DNA of 64,000 bases, from contig CAWGMK010000006.1 in the NCBI GenBank assembly GCA_963823655.1, forward strand, positions 320,001 to 384,000, read 5' to 3'. Both the position numbers and the translations under genes were made by a program. The number at the start of each line of letters is the position of its first letter. Within the stretch, counting starts at the first letter, position 1. Of the stretch, positions 9,975 to 21,385 are shown one piece after another. The notes beneath the pieces are model-generated. The model saw only the letters and a list, made by a program, of their open reading frames with translations, was not told the origin of the DNA and did no database searches. Source of the stretch: an uncultured Bacillota bacterium. Its GTDB lineage: Bacteria > Bacillota > DTU025 > MWDF01.

Positions 9975-10003
9975 ATTATACACCTTTGATTATGCAGTGC
10001 GAA
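9975..10003 (-). promoter_or_regulatory. sigma-A type promoter for leader + mgtE-mgtE
   Basis: Minus strand TTCGCA-17 nt-TATAAT. Confidence 0.6.
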
Positions 10004-10099
10004 CCTAAATATTGACCGGGCGGATGGGAGCCCCACTTATTCCAACATCAGCCTGCGGCAGGGTATAATTAACCAAAAAGATATTTCGGAGGTGCCGCA

Positions 10100-11053
10100 A
10101 TGGACGGATTGGCGAAATCTGCAACCATAGCATTAAAAGACTGCATGCAGGCAAAACAGGGAGAAGAAGTACTTGTGGTGACGGATGATGCCAAGCTGGA
10201 CATCGGAAAGGCGCTTTATGATGCCGCGAAAGACTTAGGATGCAGGCCGGTACTTATGATTATGCCTCCAAGGTCAAGAAACGGGGAAGAACCGCCCGCA
10301 TCTGTTGCCGAGGCTATGAAACACGCTGACATAGTCCTGTGCCCTACTTCCAAGTCCCTTTCGCACACTGACGCAAGGCAGAATGCCTGCAAACATGGCG
10401 CGAGGATTGCCACGCTGCCGGGAATAACTGAAGCTTGCATGGCAAGGACGCTCGGTGCCGACTATGCAGCCATCAAGGCCAGGACCGAGAGGCTTGTGGA
10501 AGCCTTCAGCGGCTCCGAGACCATACGGATCACCGCCCCTGCCGGAACTGATGTTACTATGTCGGTCAAGGGCCGCCATTTCGGCCCGGACACAGGCGTC
10601 ATAACCGAAAAGGGCGATTTCGGCAACCTTCCGGCTGGCGAGGCTTACGTGGCGCCTTTGGAGGGCACTGCGGAGGGCATAGTCGTAATCGACGGAGCCA
10701 TGGCAGGTTACGGAGTCCCCAAAGTCCCGATCGTAATGGAAGTTAAAGGCGGATTCGCCACCAAGATAACAGGGCCGGAGGATATCGAAAGGCTAAATGC
10801 GATGCTGGATCCTTTGGGCATGCCCGCCAGGAACATCGCCGAGCTGGGCATAGGCACGAATGACAAAGCAATAATCACGGGGCTGGTGCTTGAAGACGAA
10901 AAAGTGATGGGCACCATCCACATAGCCATAGGAGACAACTCCCATATGGGCGGCGTTGTTGCCGTCTCCAGCCACCTCGACGGCATAGTAAAGTCGCCGA
11001 CGGTATGGGCCGACGGCAGGCTCATCATGAAAGACGGCGAATTCATGATTTAG
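10100..11053 (+). CDS. M29-like (aminopeptidase T / leucyl) aminopeptidase
   Basis: NLPAGE, IAELGIGTN, EDEKVMGTIHIAIG and HLD motifs; TATAAT at 10064 and SD GGAGG. Confidence 0.85.
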   Translation: MDGLAKSATIALKDCMQAKQGEEVLVVTDDAKLDIGKALYDAAKDLGCRPVLMIMPPRSRNGEEPPASVAEAMKHADIVLCPTSKSLSHTDARQNACKHGARIATLPGITEACMARTLGADYAAIKARTERLVEAFSGSETIRITAPAGTDVTMSVKGRHFGPDTGVITEKGDFGNLPAGEAYVAPLEGTAEGIVVIDGAMAGYGVPKVPIVMEVKGGFATKITGPEDIERLNAMLDPLGMPARNIAELGIGTNDKAIITGLVLEDEKVMGTIHIAIGDNSHMGGVVAVSSHLDGIVKSPTVWADGRLIMKDGEFMI

Positions 11054-11073
11054 AAAGACGGGAGGTGCAGCAG

Positions 11074-14000
11074 ACGGACAAGTTCGTTCACCTTCATCTT
11101 CATACCGAATATTCGCTGTTAGACGGCGCATGTTCGATAAAAAGGCTCATGCCCAGGCTGAGAGAGCTGGGCATGGATGCGTGCGCCATAACCGACCACG
11201 GCTCCCTTTTCGGAGCCGTCGAGTTTTATAACGCCGCCTGTAAGGGCGGCATCAAGCCGATAATCGGGTGCGAAGTATATGTCGCCCCTAATGGAAGAGG
11301 AAGCCGGACTGCAAGGGAAGAGGAGGAGCCTTATCATCTCATCCTGCTTGCAACCGACAAGGCCGGCTACAGGAACCTTTCCAAGCTATCGAGCATCGGT
11401 TACACCGAAGGCTTCTACTATAAGCCCAGAGTCGATTTGGAAGTCCTTGCAGAGCACTCGGGCGGCCTTATCGCAATGTCGGCATGCTTAGCCGGCGAGA
11501 TCCCCAGGAAGATACAGAACAGGGACATGCGGGGGGCAGAGGAATCGGCGATGAAGTATGCCGACATATTCGGCAAGGAAAGCTTCTTCCTCGAGCTGCA
11601 GTCCAACAGGATTCCGGAGCAGGCAATGGTGAATTCGGCGCTTGTGCAGCTTTCCGGCAAGACCGGGCTCGGGCTGGTTGCAACTAACGATGCCCATTAC
11701 ATAAGGCGCGAAGACGCACGTTTCCATGACGTGCTGCTTTGCATACAGACCGCCACAACGGTGCAGAACCCGAACAGGATGAAGTTCCCGGGCGACGATT
11801 TCTACGTGAAGTCGCCGGAGGAGATGTATAAGGCGTTTGGTGAGGTGCCCCAGGCGTGCCGGGCGACTTGGGAGATAGCGCAGCGGTGCGACTTCTCATT
11901 CGATACCGGCAAGCCCAGCAAGCCCCATTTCCGTGTCCCTGAGGGCTTCTCCGAAGAGAGCTATCTCAGGAAGCTTGCCTACTCCGGCGCGGCAGACAGA
12001 TATGGCGAATTGACAGGTGAGGTGGGCGCAAGGCTGGAGTATGAGCTCGGCACCATTGAACAGATGGGCTACTCCGGGATACTTCCTTGTAGTACACGAT
12101 TACGTGTGCTTCTCAAAGGAAAGCGGCATCCATGTCGGACCGGGAAGGGGTTCTGCCGCAGGTTCGCTGGTAGCATACTGCCTCGGGATTACTAATGTGG
12201 ATCCGCTCAAGTACGGCCTGCTTTTCGAAAGGCTGCTCAATCCCGAAAGGGTAAGCATGCCGGATATAGACATCGACTTCTGCTGGGTCAGGCGCGGTGA
12301 AGTGATGGACTATCTGGCGCGTAAATACGGCAGCGACCATTATGCACAGATCATCACATTCGGCACTATGGCTGCGAGGGCGGCGATAAGGGATGTAGGC
12401 AGGGCTTTGGGCCTGCCATATGCCGATGTGGACAAGATAGCAAAGCTAGTCCCGATGGAGAAAGACATCGATATCGGCAAGGCATTGCAGAACGTGCCGG
12501 AGCTAACTTCTCTGGTCAATTCGGACGTGAAACTAAAGGAATTGATCGAAATCGCCGAAAGCGTGGAGGGAATGCCCAGGCATGCTTCGGTTCATGCGGC
12601 AGGCGTAGTGATAACGCAGGAGCCGTTGACCGATATAGTCCCCCTGTACAAATCAAGCGACGGGACCATTACGACGCAGTTCGAAATGGGTGCGCTTGAT
12701 CAACTGGGGCTTCTGAAGATGGACATACTGGGGCTTAAGACCCTGACTATTATCGGAGACACCCTCGCAATGCTCAAGAAGAAGAGGGGCATTGAGATTG
12801 ACATCGAGAAGATCCCGATGGACGACCCCGCAATTTTCGATATGCTTTCCAGAGGGGACTCAGAAGCGGTATTCCAGGTGGAATCCGCCATGTTCAAGAG
12901 GCTGCTGGCGGACGTAAGGCCTACTTGCGTGGAGGATATCATGGCCCTGGTAGCGCTGGGCAGGCCGGGCCCGATTACCATGGCGCCGGATTTCGCTGCC
13001 GGCAAGAGGCACCCGGAAAGCATCAAATACCTGCACCCGTGCATGAAGGAGATACTTGAGGAGACATACGGCGTCATGCTCTACCAGGAGCAGGTGATGA
13101 AGGTGGCCAGCGTCTTCGCGGGGTTCAGCCTTGGAGAGGCGGACATTCTCAGGCGGGCGATGGGCAAGAAGAAGCCCGAGGAGATGGAAGCCATGCACAA
13201 GCGCTTCCTGGACGGGGCAAAGGCGCAGGGCATGGACGATAAGCTTGCCGAACAGGTCTACTGGCTCATTGAGCGTTTCGCAGGATACGGTTTCAATGCG
13301 TCGCACTCTGCGGCATACGGGCTCATTACTTATCAGACCGCTTATCTTAAGCATTACTATTTCGCCGAATTCATGGCGGCAACGCTGACTTCTATGGTTG
13401 ACAACAGCGACAAAGTAGCAGCTTACATGGATTATTGTAGAAACAAGGGGACTAAGGTAGTACAGCCTGATGTGAATCTGTCCGAGAGATATTTCACGGC
13501 AGAAGGCGGCTCAATCGCCATCGGATTGGCTGCCGTAAAGAATGTCGGCCTGAACGCAGCGGATGCGATAGTAGAGGAGCGGGGGGCAAGGGGAGAGTTC
13601 AAGTCCCTTGCGGATTTCTGCGACAGGATCGATACCACGATGATCAACCGCAAGGCCATAGAAAGCCTGATCCAAGCGGGAGCCTTCGACAAATTCGGCA
13701 GCAGGAAGGCGCAGCTTTCGGTGCTCGGCGGCATAATGGCGACGAATGTATCGAGGAACAGGGGCAGAGGAGACGGCCAAAGCTCATTCTTCGACTTGTT
13801 CAACAAGCCTGAGGACTTCGGGGCAAGGTATGACAAGCTGCCCGATGTCGGGGAATTCACGAGTAAAGAAATGCTTGACATGGAAAAAGAGATGCTCAAT
13901 ATGTACGTAACCGGGCATCCGCTCGATGCCGTCTGGGGAAAGCTCTCCGGAATGGTTAAGCATAAGATACTTGATTTCTCCGAGATGAAGGACGAGGACA

Positions 14001-14242
14001 ATGTGGAATTCGCAGGCATGGTTATTGCGCTGAGAAGGACGATAACAAGATCGGGCAAGCCGATGGGATACTTAAGGATTGAGGATATGGCAAGCTCAGT
14101 GGAAGTAGTCGTTTTCCCGACATTGTGGGAGCAGAGCAGCTCGTTGGCGACCGGTGAAGTCGTTATAGTAAATGGAAGGCTTGATTCGAAGGAAGATTCT
14201 GTTAAAGTAATTGCAGACAGGATGAGAAGGGTGAAGTTCTAG
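11074..14242 (+). CDS. dnaE: DNA polymerase III alpha subunit, one frameshift near 12080
   Basis: PHP motifs HLHLHTEYSLLDG, TDHG and TNDAHY; GRGSAAGS; catalytic PDIDIDF; HAAG; C-terminal OB fold. The start codon is ambiguous (ACG at 11074 or GTG at 11065). Confidence 0.95.
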
Positions 14243-14261
14243 GAATTGGGAGGGACGACCT

Positions 14262-14465
14262 ATGTGGGTAGTCATTCACGTAGCTCCGAATAAAATGGAA
14301 GCGGAGATAATCAAATCGGTCCTTGAGGCGGAGAACATTATGGTTAACTTGATGTCGGCTTCTGTGCCGCATCTTGGGGACCTTGGTCCTGTTGAGGTCA
14401 TGGTGCTTGAGAGTGAACTCGAGTTCGCCCAGGAAGTCCTGGAGGGGAAAGCGGACCTGATTTAG
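14262..14465 (+). CDS. Small DUF2007-like (putative signal-transducing) protein
   Basis: 67 aa, MWVVIHVA...EAEIIKSVLEAENI...VEVMVLESELEFAQEVL pattern; SD GGAGG. Confidence 0.65.
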   Translation: MWVVIHVAPNKMEAEIIKSVLEAENIMVNLMSASVPHLGDLGPVEVMVLESELEFAQEVLEGKADLI

Positions 14466-14486
14466 GCAAGCCGCAGCCAATGCTGC

Positions 14487-14515
14487 TTGACGCGGCCCTG
14501 GCTTGCAGTTATATT
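14487..14515 (+). promoter_or_regulatory. sigma-A type promoter of tRNA-Leu
   Basis: TTGACG-17 nt-TATATT. Confidence 0.7.
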
Positions 14516-14525
14516 TTCTATGTGG

Positions 14526-14611
14526 GCCGAAGTGGCGGAACGGCAGACGCAGTTGACTCAAAATCAACCGAGTGAAAGCTCATGCGGGTTCAAGTCCCGC
14601 CTTCGGCACCA
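14526..14611 (+). tRNA. tRNA-Leu(CAA)
   Basis: Anticodon arm GTTGA-CTCAAAA-TCAAC, long variable arm, GGTTCAAGTCC, 3' CCA. Confidence 0.95.
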
Positions 14612-14632
14612 ACAATATTGAAGCGATGTTCG

Positions 14633-14663
14633 AAAAGGGGTGACGTGAAGTCGCTCCTTTTTT
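14633..14663 (+). terminator. Intrinsic terminator after tRNA-Leu
   Basis: AAAAGGGGTGAC / GTCGCTCCTTTT stem with T-run. Confidence 0.75.
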
Positions 14664-15002
14664 GTTGCTTCGAATGTAAAGCAAAGTGATTGCCCCCTCG
14701 GTTCCAGTTATTGGGACTTCAAATAACCCAATAATCAATAGATGACATAAGTTTTCGACAATTGAATTTGTGAACAGGGATACTAAGCAAATGCAAGTAA
14801 AGCGACATTTATTTGGGAAAGAATTTTAGAAAATCCCGAAAGCTGGAAGGAGATAAACAGAATAAATAGAAATATATAAATATAAATGATTATTATAATG
14901 AAATAATGAATAAATAAAGAAAGGAGGATGGTATAAGTCAGTTGCTATACCGAAAAGCTGGAGTTGTTCATTGCATTCCTACCAAATAAGAAAGGAGGTT
15001 CG

Positions 15003-15480
15003 ATGAATATGAATGATGCAAAGATTCATTGAAGCTTTTGTTGGTGATAGTAGGTTGTTTGTCCTGTGATCCTTGTGAACGCCGAGCCGGGCGTGCAGAA
15101 TGGAAACTCGCTGTCCATAGTTGAACCAGCAGGCGGGGCATATGTAATCGTGACTAAACTTGACGTCGGGGTTCTCCATTTCAAATATGGATGGAATAAC
15201 GCAAAGCAATTTGAAATCTCCTGCTCTTGGCTATTGGATTGGCGTATATGATATCAACAGCCTCACATTACGATTGGGTTGACAGAAGACGTATTTGTTG
15301 AACCTAATCCAAAAATGCTAAAGCTATTTCCATCGATACTGCATCTGATCCGGGTCATGAATATGCCATAAACTTCTTCGTGCGTGATTTTACAAACAGC
15401 CCATCGTCACCAATATGAGCATTCTGCAGCTCTTCTTACCGCAGCTTCTTAAACGCAATTAATGGGCAAATTCTAAGAGC
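15003..15480 (+). pseudogene. Fragmented ORF, possibly an exported protein
   Basis: SD AAAGGAGG plus ATG at 15003; hydrophobic N-terminal stretch appears across shifted frames; multiple breaks; end approximate. Confidence 0.3.
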
Positions 15481-15511
15481 AGAATTCTAAATACAAATGA
15501 GTATCAAAGTC

Positions 15512-15542
15512 AGCAATGGGCGGTTTACAACTGCCCATTGCT
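15512..15542. terminator. Strong hairpin between convergent gene remnants
   Basis: AGCAATGGGCGGTT / AACTGCCCATTGCT. Confidence 0.5.
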
Positions 15543-16082
15543 TAATCAATATTGAGCAAGGTACGCACAGTGATCCTATTATGAAATTCCAATCTATGAC
15601 AATATCATTTGCAAAAGACACCTTATCATGGATATTTTCGACAACTTGGGAATGAATTCACGACCGTCCTATAGATTTCCCCATTCCTTCGGTAAGTTCA
15701 CTATTTCAGCATTGTAGTCAATTTCGCTCGCAACAGTTACTTGGCCGGGGTAATACCAATCATATGATTACATCTCCTTTTTGGCGCAGATAATTCGGCA
15801 GAATATTCGGATATTTAGCCATATCTCGATTTCATATAACTTTTGTGGAAAGAAACGCTTAACAATGAAATGCCAACGAGTTTCGGGAATCAGGAAAGTC
15901 AATTTCGTTTTGGTACCACCGGCTTCATAGCAAATGCACAACGAATTAGCGCAATATCTGCCAAGGTTGATTAGTCTGCCGGTGACGCTGAGGAAGCGCT
16001 TTTAACCAATGGATTTTATCTGCAGCCAAATATACAATATGATTAGCGTCAGAGAAAGAAGCTGTCCTAAGCGGATACGCTG

Positions 16083-16678
16083 ACCACCGTAGGTGGCGAA
16101 GCAGGTAGCGGCAATCAGTCCGGCCAACCCGTCCAGGCCGTCGGTGAAGTTGACTGCATTGGACATACCGACGATAATGACGACCGCGATCGGGATATAC
16201 CAGAAGCCTAAGGAGATGGGCTTGTCGTAGGTGGGCCAGAAAAGCTGGGGTACATCCAGCAGGTAGCGCAGGGAATAGGCGATGGCGGTGGCGAAAATGA
16301 GCTGGAAGATGAACTTGGTGCGGGCGCGCATCCCAAGCCCGCGCCGCGGCCCGCGGATACCTTCCCAGTCATCGATCGCGCCTAACACGCCAAAGCCCAG
16401 CATGCAGGCCAGAGGTACGATAACTGAACGGCCCAAAACCTTCAAACCCAACAGGGTGGTGGCATTCAACAGCACGGTCAGCATGGTACCGGCAGCAGGA
16501 TCATAACGCCGCCCATGGTGGGAGTGCCCATCTTGGTGAAGTGACGGTCTGGACCTTCGACGCGGATCAATTTGCCGATTTTGAAATGGCGCAGCACGCG
16601 CAGTAGCGGGTCACCCCAGATGACTGCCAGCATAAAGCTCAAGCTGGAGAGCGTAAGCGCCAGGGAGGTATCTTTCAT
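16083..16678 (-). CDS. mraY: Phospho-N-acetylmuramoyl-pentapeptide transferase, N-terminal part, truncated at a junction
   Basis: K.GTPTMGG, GAIDD and NAVNFTDGLDGLA motifs; frameshift near 16487; homology stops after TCFATYGG. Confidence 0.92.
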
Positions 16679-18107
16679 AGTAGGCCTCCAATGCGGTGAC
16701 AATGCGGCCCATGTTCATGCCATGCGCGCCTTTAATCAGGCATACATCACCCTGGCGCAGGGTCTGGCGCAGCACAGCGATTGCATCCATCATCCGGAAC
16801 GTTGATAATCGCGATCTTTGAAAAACCGGCTGTCATGGCGGTATCGGCAATCATGATGCTTTTTTCACCGACCGTGACCAGCACGTCGACCACTTCCGCC
16901 ACGCGCCGCCCGACCAGCTCATAGCCTTGCTGTTCATACTGGCCTAACTCGCGCATCTCGCCTAAGACAGCGATCTTGCGGCCTTGCAGCTCATACAGCA
17001 GGTTGAGGGCAGCCAGGACCGACTCGGGCGAGGCATTATAGGTGTCATCCAACAGCATCGCGCCGTTGATCGACTGAACAGCGGTCAGGCGCAACTGGGT
17101 GTTTCCCTGCTGCAGCCCGTCGACGATCTCTTCCCAGGTCAGCCCTTCCACCAGTCCAACTGCGGCGGCGCGTAAGGCCGTGTGAACCGAGTGCCGCCCA
17201 ATCAGGGGAACGCGCAAATGAGGGTTTCATTATGGTAGTGCAGCCGGAAACGAATGCCTTCCAGTCCCAAACCTTCGATGTCATCCGCCCACAAATCGGC
17301 TCTGGGGTCCAATCCGTAATAGAAGACCTGGGCCTGGGTCTGTTCTGCCATCGGGCGCACCCAGGGATCGTCATAATTCAAGATCGCCACGCCCCCCTGG
17401 GAGCCGGCGGCAAGCGATTGCACCAGTTCGGCTTTACCGCGGGCGATGGCTTCTTGCGATCCGGCTCGTTCGGCATGAACTGTGCCAATATTGGTGATCA
17501 CGCCCACCTGCGGCAGGGCCAGGTCGCATAGGAAGGCGATTTCGCCGGGAACATAAAAACCCATTTCCAGAACGGCGCGTTCATACCCGCTGGAGAGGCG
17601 CAGCAAGGTCAAGGGCAGGCTGATTTCGTTGTTCAGGTTGCCAGGGTTTTTCAGGGTGCGATAGCGCTGGCTGAGAACTTCGGCCACCATTTCTTTGGTG
17701 GTGGATTTTCCCACACTGCCGGTAATGCCGATCACGCGGATCATGCGGTAATTTGCGCCGCCAGAAGCGGGCAATATGTTGGAATGCTTCCAGGCTGTTG
17801 TTTACCCACAAGCAAAAGGCGGCTCTGGCAGGCTAAAGCTGGCTGGCAGCTCGCCCTGGCGCAGGTCGATCACCGGGATACCCTGTACTGGTCACATCGC
17901 GTTGGACCAGCGCGAGGTGTGCACCACGCTTGAAAGCCGCAGCGACGTAATCATGCCCATCGACGCGTTCGCCCGGCAGTGCGACAAACAGCGCTGCCGG
18001 GATAACCTGGCGGGAATCGATGGCCGCCTCGCTGATGATCAGGGCGGCGCATCGATGCGGGTGCCGGTCAGGGCTTCAAGAACATCTGCCAGGGTCAGCA
18101 CGATCAT
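16675..18107 (-). CDS. murF: UDP-MurNAc-tripeptide:D-Ala-D-Ala ligase, several frameshifts
   Basis: ITGSVGKSTTKE, NLNNEI, LEMG, DDTYNASP and LGEMRELG motifs spread across consecutive ORFs. Confidence 0.9.
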
Positions 18108-18115
18108 TGTTACCT

Positions 18116-19898
18116 CTATTTTCCTGTAAACTGCTGTCGCATTTCATCGGGCGGCAGGTTCAATAAAACAACCAGATTTTGTAGCGACTTCACTAAAAAC
18201 GGGGCCGCGACAATGGAGCCCCAGATAGAGCTTTGTGGTTTTTCAAGCCAGATATAGACCAAGAAACGGGGTCGCTCAACCGGGCCCCAACCCACAAAGG
18301 AAGCATTGGTCTCACCGCTGGTATAACCGTAAGGGCTAGGGATTTCACCGGTACCGGTCTTGCCGGCCACCCGGTAACCCGCCACCAGCGCGTGAGGCTT
18401 CTTCTTCCAGGGAAGTGGCTAGCATCTCGGTAATGACGCGCGAGGGTTTTGGCTGTGATCGGCTGCCCGACTACCTGGGGCGTGTTGTTGTACTGGCGTC
18501 CGTCTTCGATGACCGATTTCAGCACATGAGGGGCCATCATTTTGCCGTCATTGGCCAGCGCTGATACCGCCATGATCATCTGGATGGGGGTGACTGCAAC
18601 GCCTTGACCAAATGAATTGGTGCCCAGGTTGACCGGGTACCAGTTGGGGTCGCCGGGCAGAGCCAGCGGCCAAACGACTTCGCCACCCAGATCGATATTC
18701 GTTTACGATGCCCGATCCCGAAAGCCTGCATGTACTCATAAAAACGGGTGGGACCCATTGGGTGGCAATCCAGGCCAGACAAACATTCAACGAGTGCTGC
18801 ATACAGCCGGTCATGTTCTGGGGTCCCCAGGCACCGCGGTCCCAGTTGTAAATGCTGATACCGCCCACTTCAATGAGCCGGTATCAAGGAAAGAGGTTTC
18901 GGGATTTACCGCGCCGGAATCCAGGGCAGCCGCCATGGTGAAGTACTTTAAAAACAGAACCCGGTTCATAAGTCTGCTCCGACTGCCCGGTTAAGGGGGT
19001 CGGTTTAGGGAAGAATTGTGTCGTACTTCCAATATTTGTTCGGATTTAAGCCGGGCTGTGGTGGCCATCGCCAGGATATCGCCGGTTTTAGGGTCGGTAA
19101 TAATGATGGTACCGGACTTCGGCTCCGCTGTTTTCTATATGCCTTATCCAGGACCTGTTCGGCCATGGCCTGAATTTCTCGGTCGATGGTAAAACCAGGC
19201 TGGCTCCCGGGGGAACGGTGGGCAATTCCTTAATCAGGTAAGGGTCTTTCGGGACCATAATTTCCTGCGGCATTGCCTGCCAGAAGGTCATTATACTTCT
19301 CTTCAACCCCAAAATAACCCTGACCTTTTTCGCGATCGCTGAAAGGAATAAAACCCGAGGATATTGGAAGCCAGTGATTTTTCAGGGTAGCTGCGCATCA
19401 GGTGAGGTGTCCACACCAATCCGATCAGGCTGGGCATTTGTTCCCCAGAGCGGGTTGATGTTTGATCGTTGTATTTGGTTTTCAGGTCGGCCAGTTTTTC
19501 AATCTTGTCTGCTGTGACAAAATCGGCCACTACCAGGTATTCTTGTTTACCCGCTTCAAATTTTGAGCTGATCTGTCCGAAGATTTTGGCATAATCCAGA
19601 TCAAGGACCGTAGCGAGAGGTGGAGGCAATCGTTTCAGGGCTGCGAACATAGCGCAGGTCAACACCGACTTCGTAGACTTCGGTGTTGCCAGCCAGAAGA
19701 TGGCCCCATCGATCATAGATACTGCCGCGTTCCGGGTAAATCTTACGGCGCTTCATATTGGTACTGTTGGCCGACTTCACCGATCTCTTTCCGCTGAGCG
19801 CTGGATTGGATGCGCACCATCTGAAGGATGATAAGGGCAGCCAGAATCGAGAAAAAGATCCCCAATAAACGGAAACGGAAAAACGGAGAGGATTTCAT
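18116..19898 (-). CDS. ftsI: Class B penicillin-binding protein (FtsI-like), heavily frameshifted
   Basis: N-terminal TM, RxYP, YEPGS.FK, SLNV, NSFGQG and AGKTGT fragments; ATGA overlap with the upstream gene; dcw position. Confidence 0.85.
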
Positions 19899-20374
19899 TT
19901 GGTCACTCCTCCGGTTGTGTCGTTAAAACTCAATATTCCCTGGAACAACCACTCCCACAGAGATTGGGTGTACCCCGGCTTAATCACCGGTCGCTTGATC
20001 ATATCCGGGCTCGGTGGGGGAGCAAGAACGATGGGTTGACGGCCTGGGTAGCCTTTTACCACCAGATATGTGGAGGTGGTTGCATCTGTGTCGACAAAGC
20101 CAAGATCTTCAGCCCGTTTTTCCATCACATCTTGCGAGGTGAGCAGGGCCAGTTTATTGCGAGCGTCGGCGATTTTCCGCTGGCTGGTTTCTTTGGCTGC
20201 TTCCAGGGTCTGAATTTCCAGACCGGCTGTAGCTGCCTGGGCTGAGATATTCAGGTAAACCACGGCGACACAGACTGCTGCTACCAGGCCAAGCAAAAAC
20301 AGACCACTCCACTGGAGCTGGGTCCGCCAGGGGGCTTGACGATATGCCTGGATAAATCGATTGGTGAAGTCCAT
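19895..20374 (-). CDS. FtsL-like cell division protein
   Basis: Single TM plus coiled coil (EKRAEDLGF) located between rsmH and the PBP gene. Confidence 0.65.
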   Translation of the reverse strand: MDFTNRFIQAYRQAPWRTQLQWSGLFLLGLVAAVCVAVVYLNISAQAATAGLEIQTLEAAKETSQRKIADARNKLALLTSQDVMEKRAEDLGFVDTDATTSTYLVVKGYPGRQPIVLAPPPSPDMIKRPVIKPGYTQSLWEWLFQGILSFNDTTGGVTK

Positions 20375-20431
20375 TTCCTACCCTGATTTCAAAAATTGTA
20401 TTACCCAAATCGTATGCAACAGTCGTGCCAG

Positions 20432-21385
20432 TTAGATTTTCTCAGCTACTCTCAGGTGAGCGCTGCGCGCTCGCGGATTTTCTTGTTTTTCTTGTTCAGA
20501 TGCATCTACCGGGTGCCGGACAATCTCGCGGATGCTGGCTTTATGACCGCATGTGCAGACCGGTTGCTGGGGTGGGCAGATGCAATCTCGGCTTTCCAGG
20601 CGAAAGTACTGCTTAACCAGGCGGTCTTCCAATGAATGAAACGAGATAACCGCTAACCTGCCGCCCACAGCCAGGGCCTTCACGGCCTGGGGTAGAACCT
20701 CTTCAATGGCTTGCAGCTCACCGTTGACGGCAATTCGCAAGGCCTGAAAGGTCCTCGTGGCGGGATGGAGCCGCCCACTCTGCCGTCCGGCTGCACGCCG
20801 GATTACCTCTGCCAGCTGCCGGGTGGTTTCCAAAGGTCTGGCCTGTACGATTACTCTGGCAATCCGGCGGGACAGCTTTTCGTCCCCGTACCGCCAGATA
20901 ATATCTGCCAGCTCATTTTCTGGCAGGTCGTTCACCAGATCGGCTGCTGTAACCGGCTGGAGGGGCGAGAACCGCATGTCCAAAGGACCATCAGATTGGA
21001 AGGAAAAACCCCGTTCGGGTGTATCAAGCTGCATCGAGGAAACACCTAAATCGATCACCACACCATCCACTTTATCCCACCCAAGCTGGTGCATTTGCTC
21101 CAGCAAGGTGGTGTAAGAAGCCTGCACGAGGACAACCCGGTCCTTAACATTTGCAAGGCGCTGGCTTGCGAGGGCCAGCGCCTGGGGATCAAGATCCAGA
21201 CCTAGTAATTTGCCATCAGGCGCACTTGCCTCTAAAATCCCCAGGGCGTGTCCCCCAGCTCCGACGGTGGCATCGATGTAACGGCCGCTGCTGTGTGGGC
21301 TTAAGAACGCTATGATTTCTTGGTAAAGTACCGATTGGTGGGCCGGTTTTTGGTGGTCGTCCAACTGATGATCGTTGTTTGTCAT
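20432..21385 (-). CDS. rsmH: 16S rRNA m4C1402 methyltransferase
   Basis: [40 protein letters not shown] and NPRARSA motifs. Confidence 0.96.
   Translation of the reverse strand: MTNNDHQLDDHQKPAHQSVLYQEIIAFLSPHSSGRYIDATVGAGGHALGILEASAPDGKLLGLDLDPQALALASQRLANVKDRVVLVQASYTTLLEQMHQLGWDKVDGVVIDLGVSSMQLDTPERGFSFQSDGPLDMRFSPLQPVTAADLVNDLPENELADIIWRYGDEKLSRRIARVIVQARPLETTRQLAEVIRRAAGRQSGRLHPATRTFQALRIAVNGELQAIEEVLPQAVKALAVGGRLAVISFHSLEDRLVKQYFRLESRDCICPPQQPVCTCGHKASIREIVRHPVDASEQEKQENPRARSAHLRVAEKI

Noticed and set aside
9820-9975. M-box (ykoK) riboswitch upstream of mgtE
   Set aside because: Only AGGUGAG resembles it and the other conserved M-box segments were not found by eye. An Rfam scan is still needed to exclude it.
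12060-12100. Programmed frameshift, split gene or intein in dnaE
   Set aside because: No slippery site or intein motifs; a single extra base explains it, matching the general error pattern.
14920-15006. AgrD-like autoinducer peptide (…SCSLHSYQ…)
   Set aside because: No properly placed start codon, weak motif match, and no agrB nearby.
16002-16082. Novel C-terminus on MraY
   Set aside because: It is read-through across the sequence junction.
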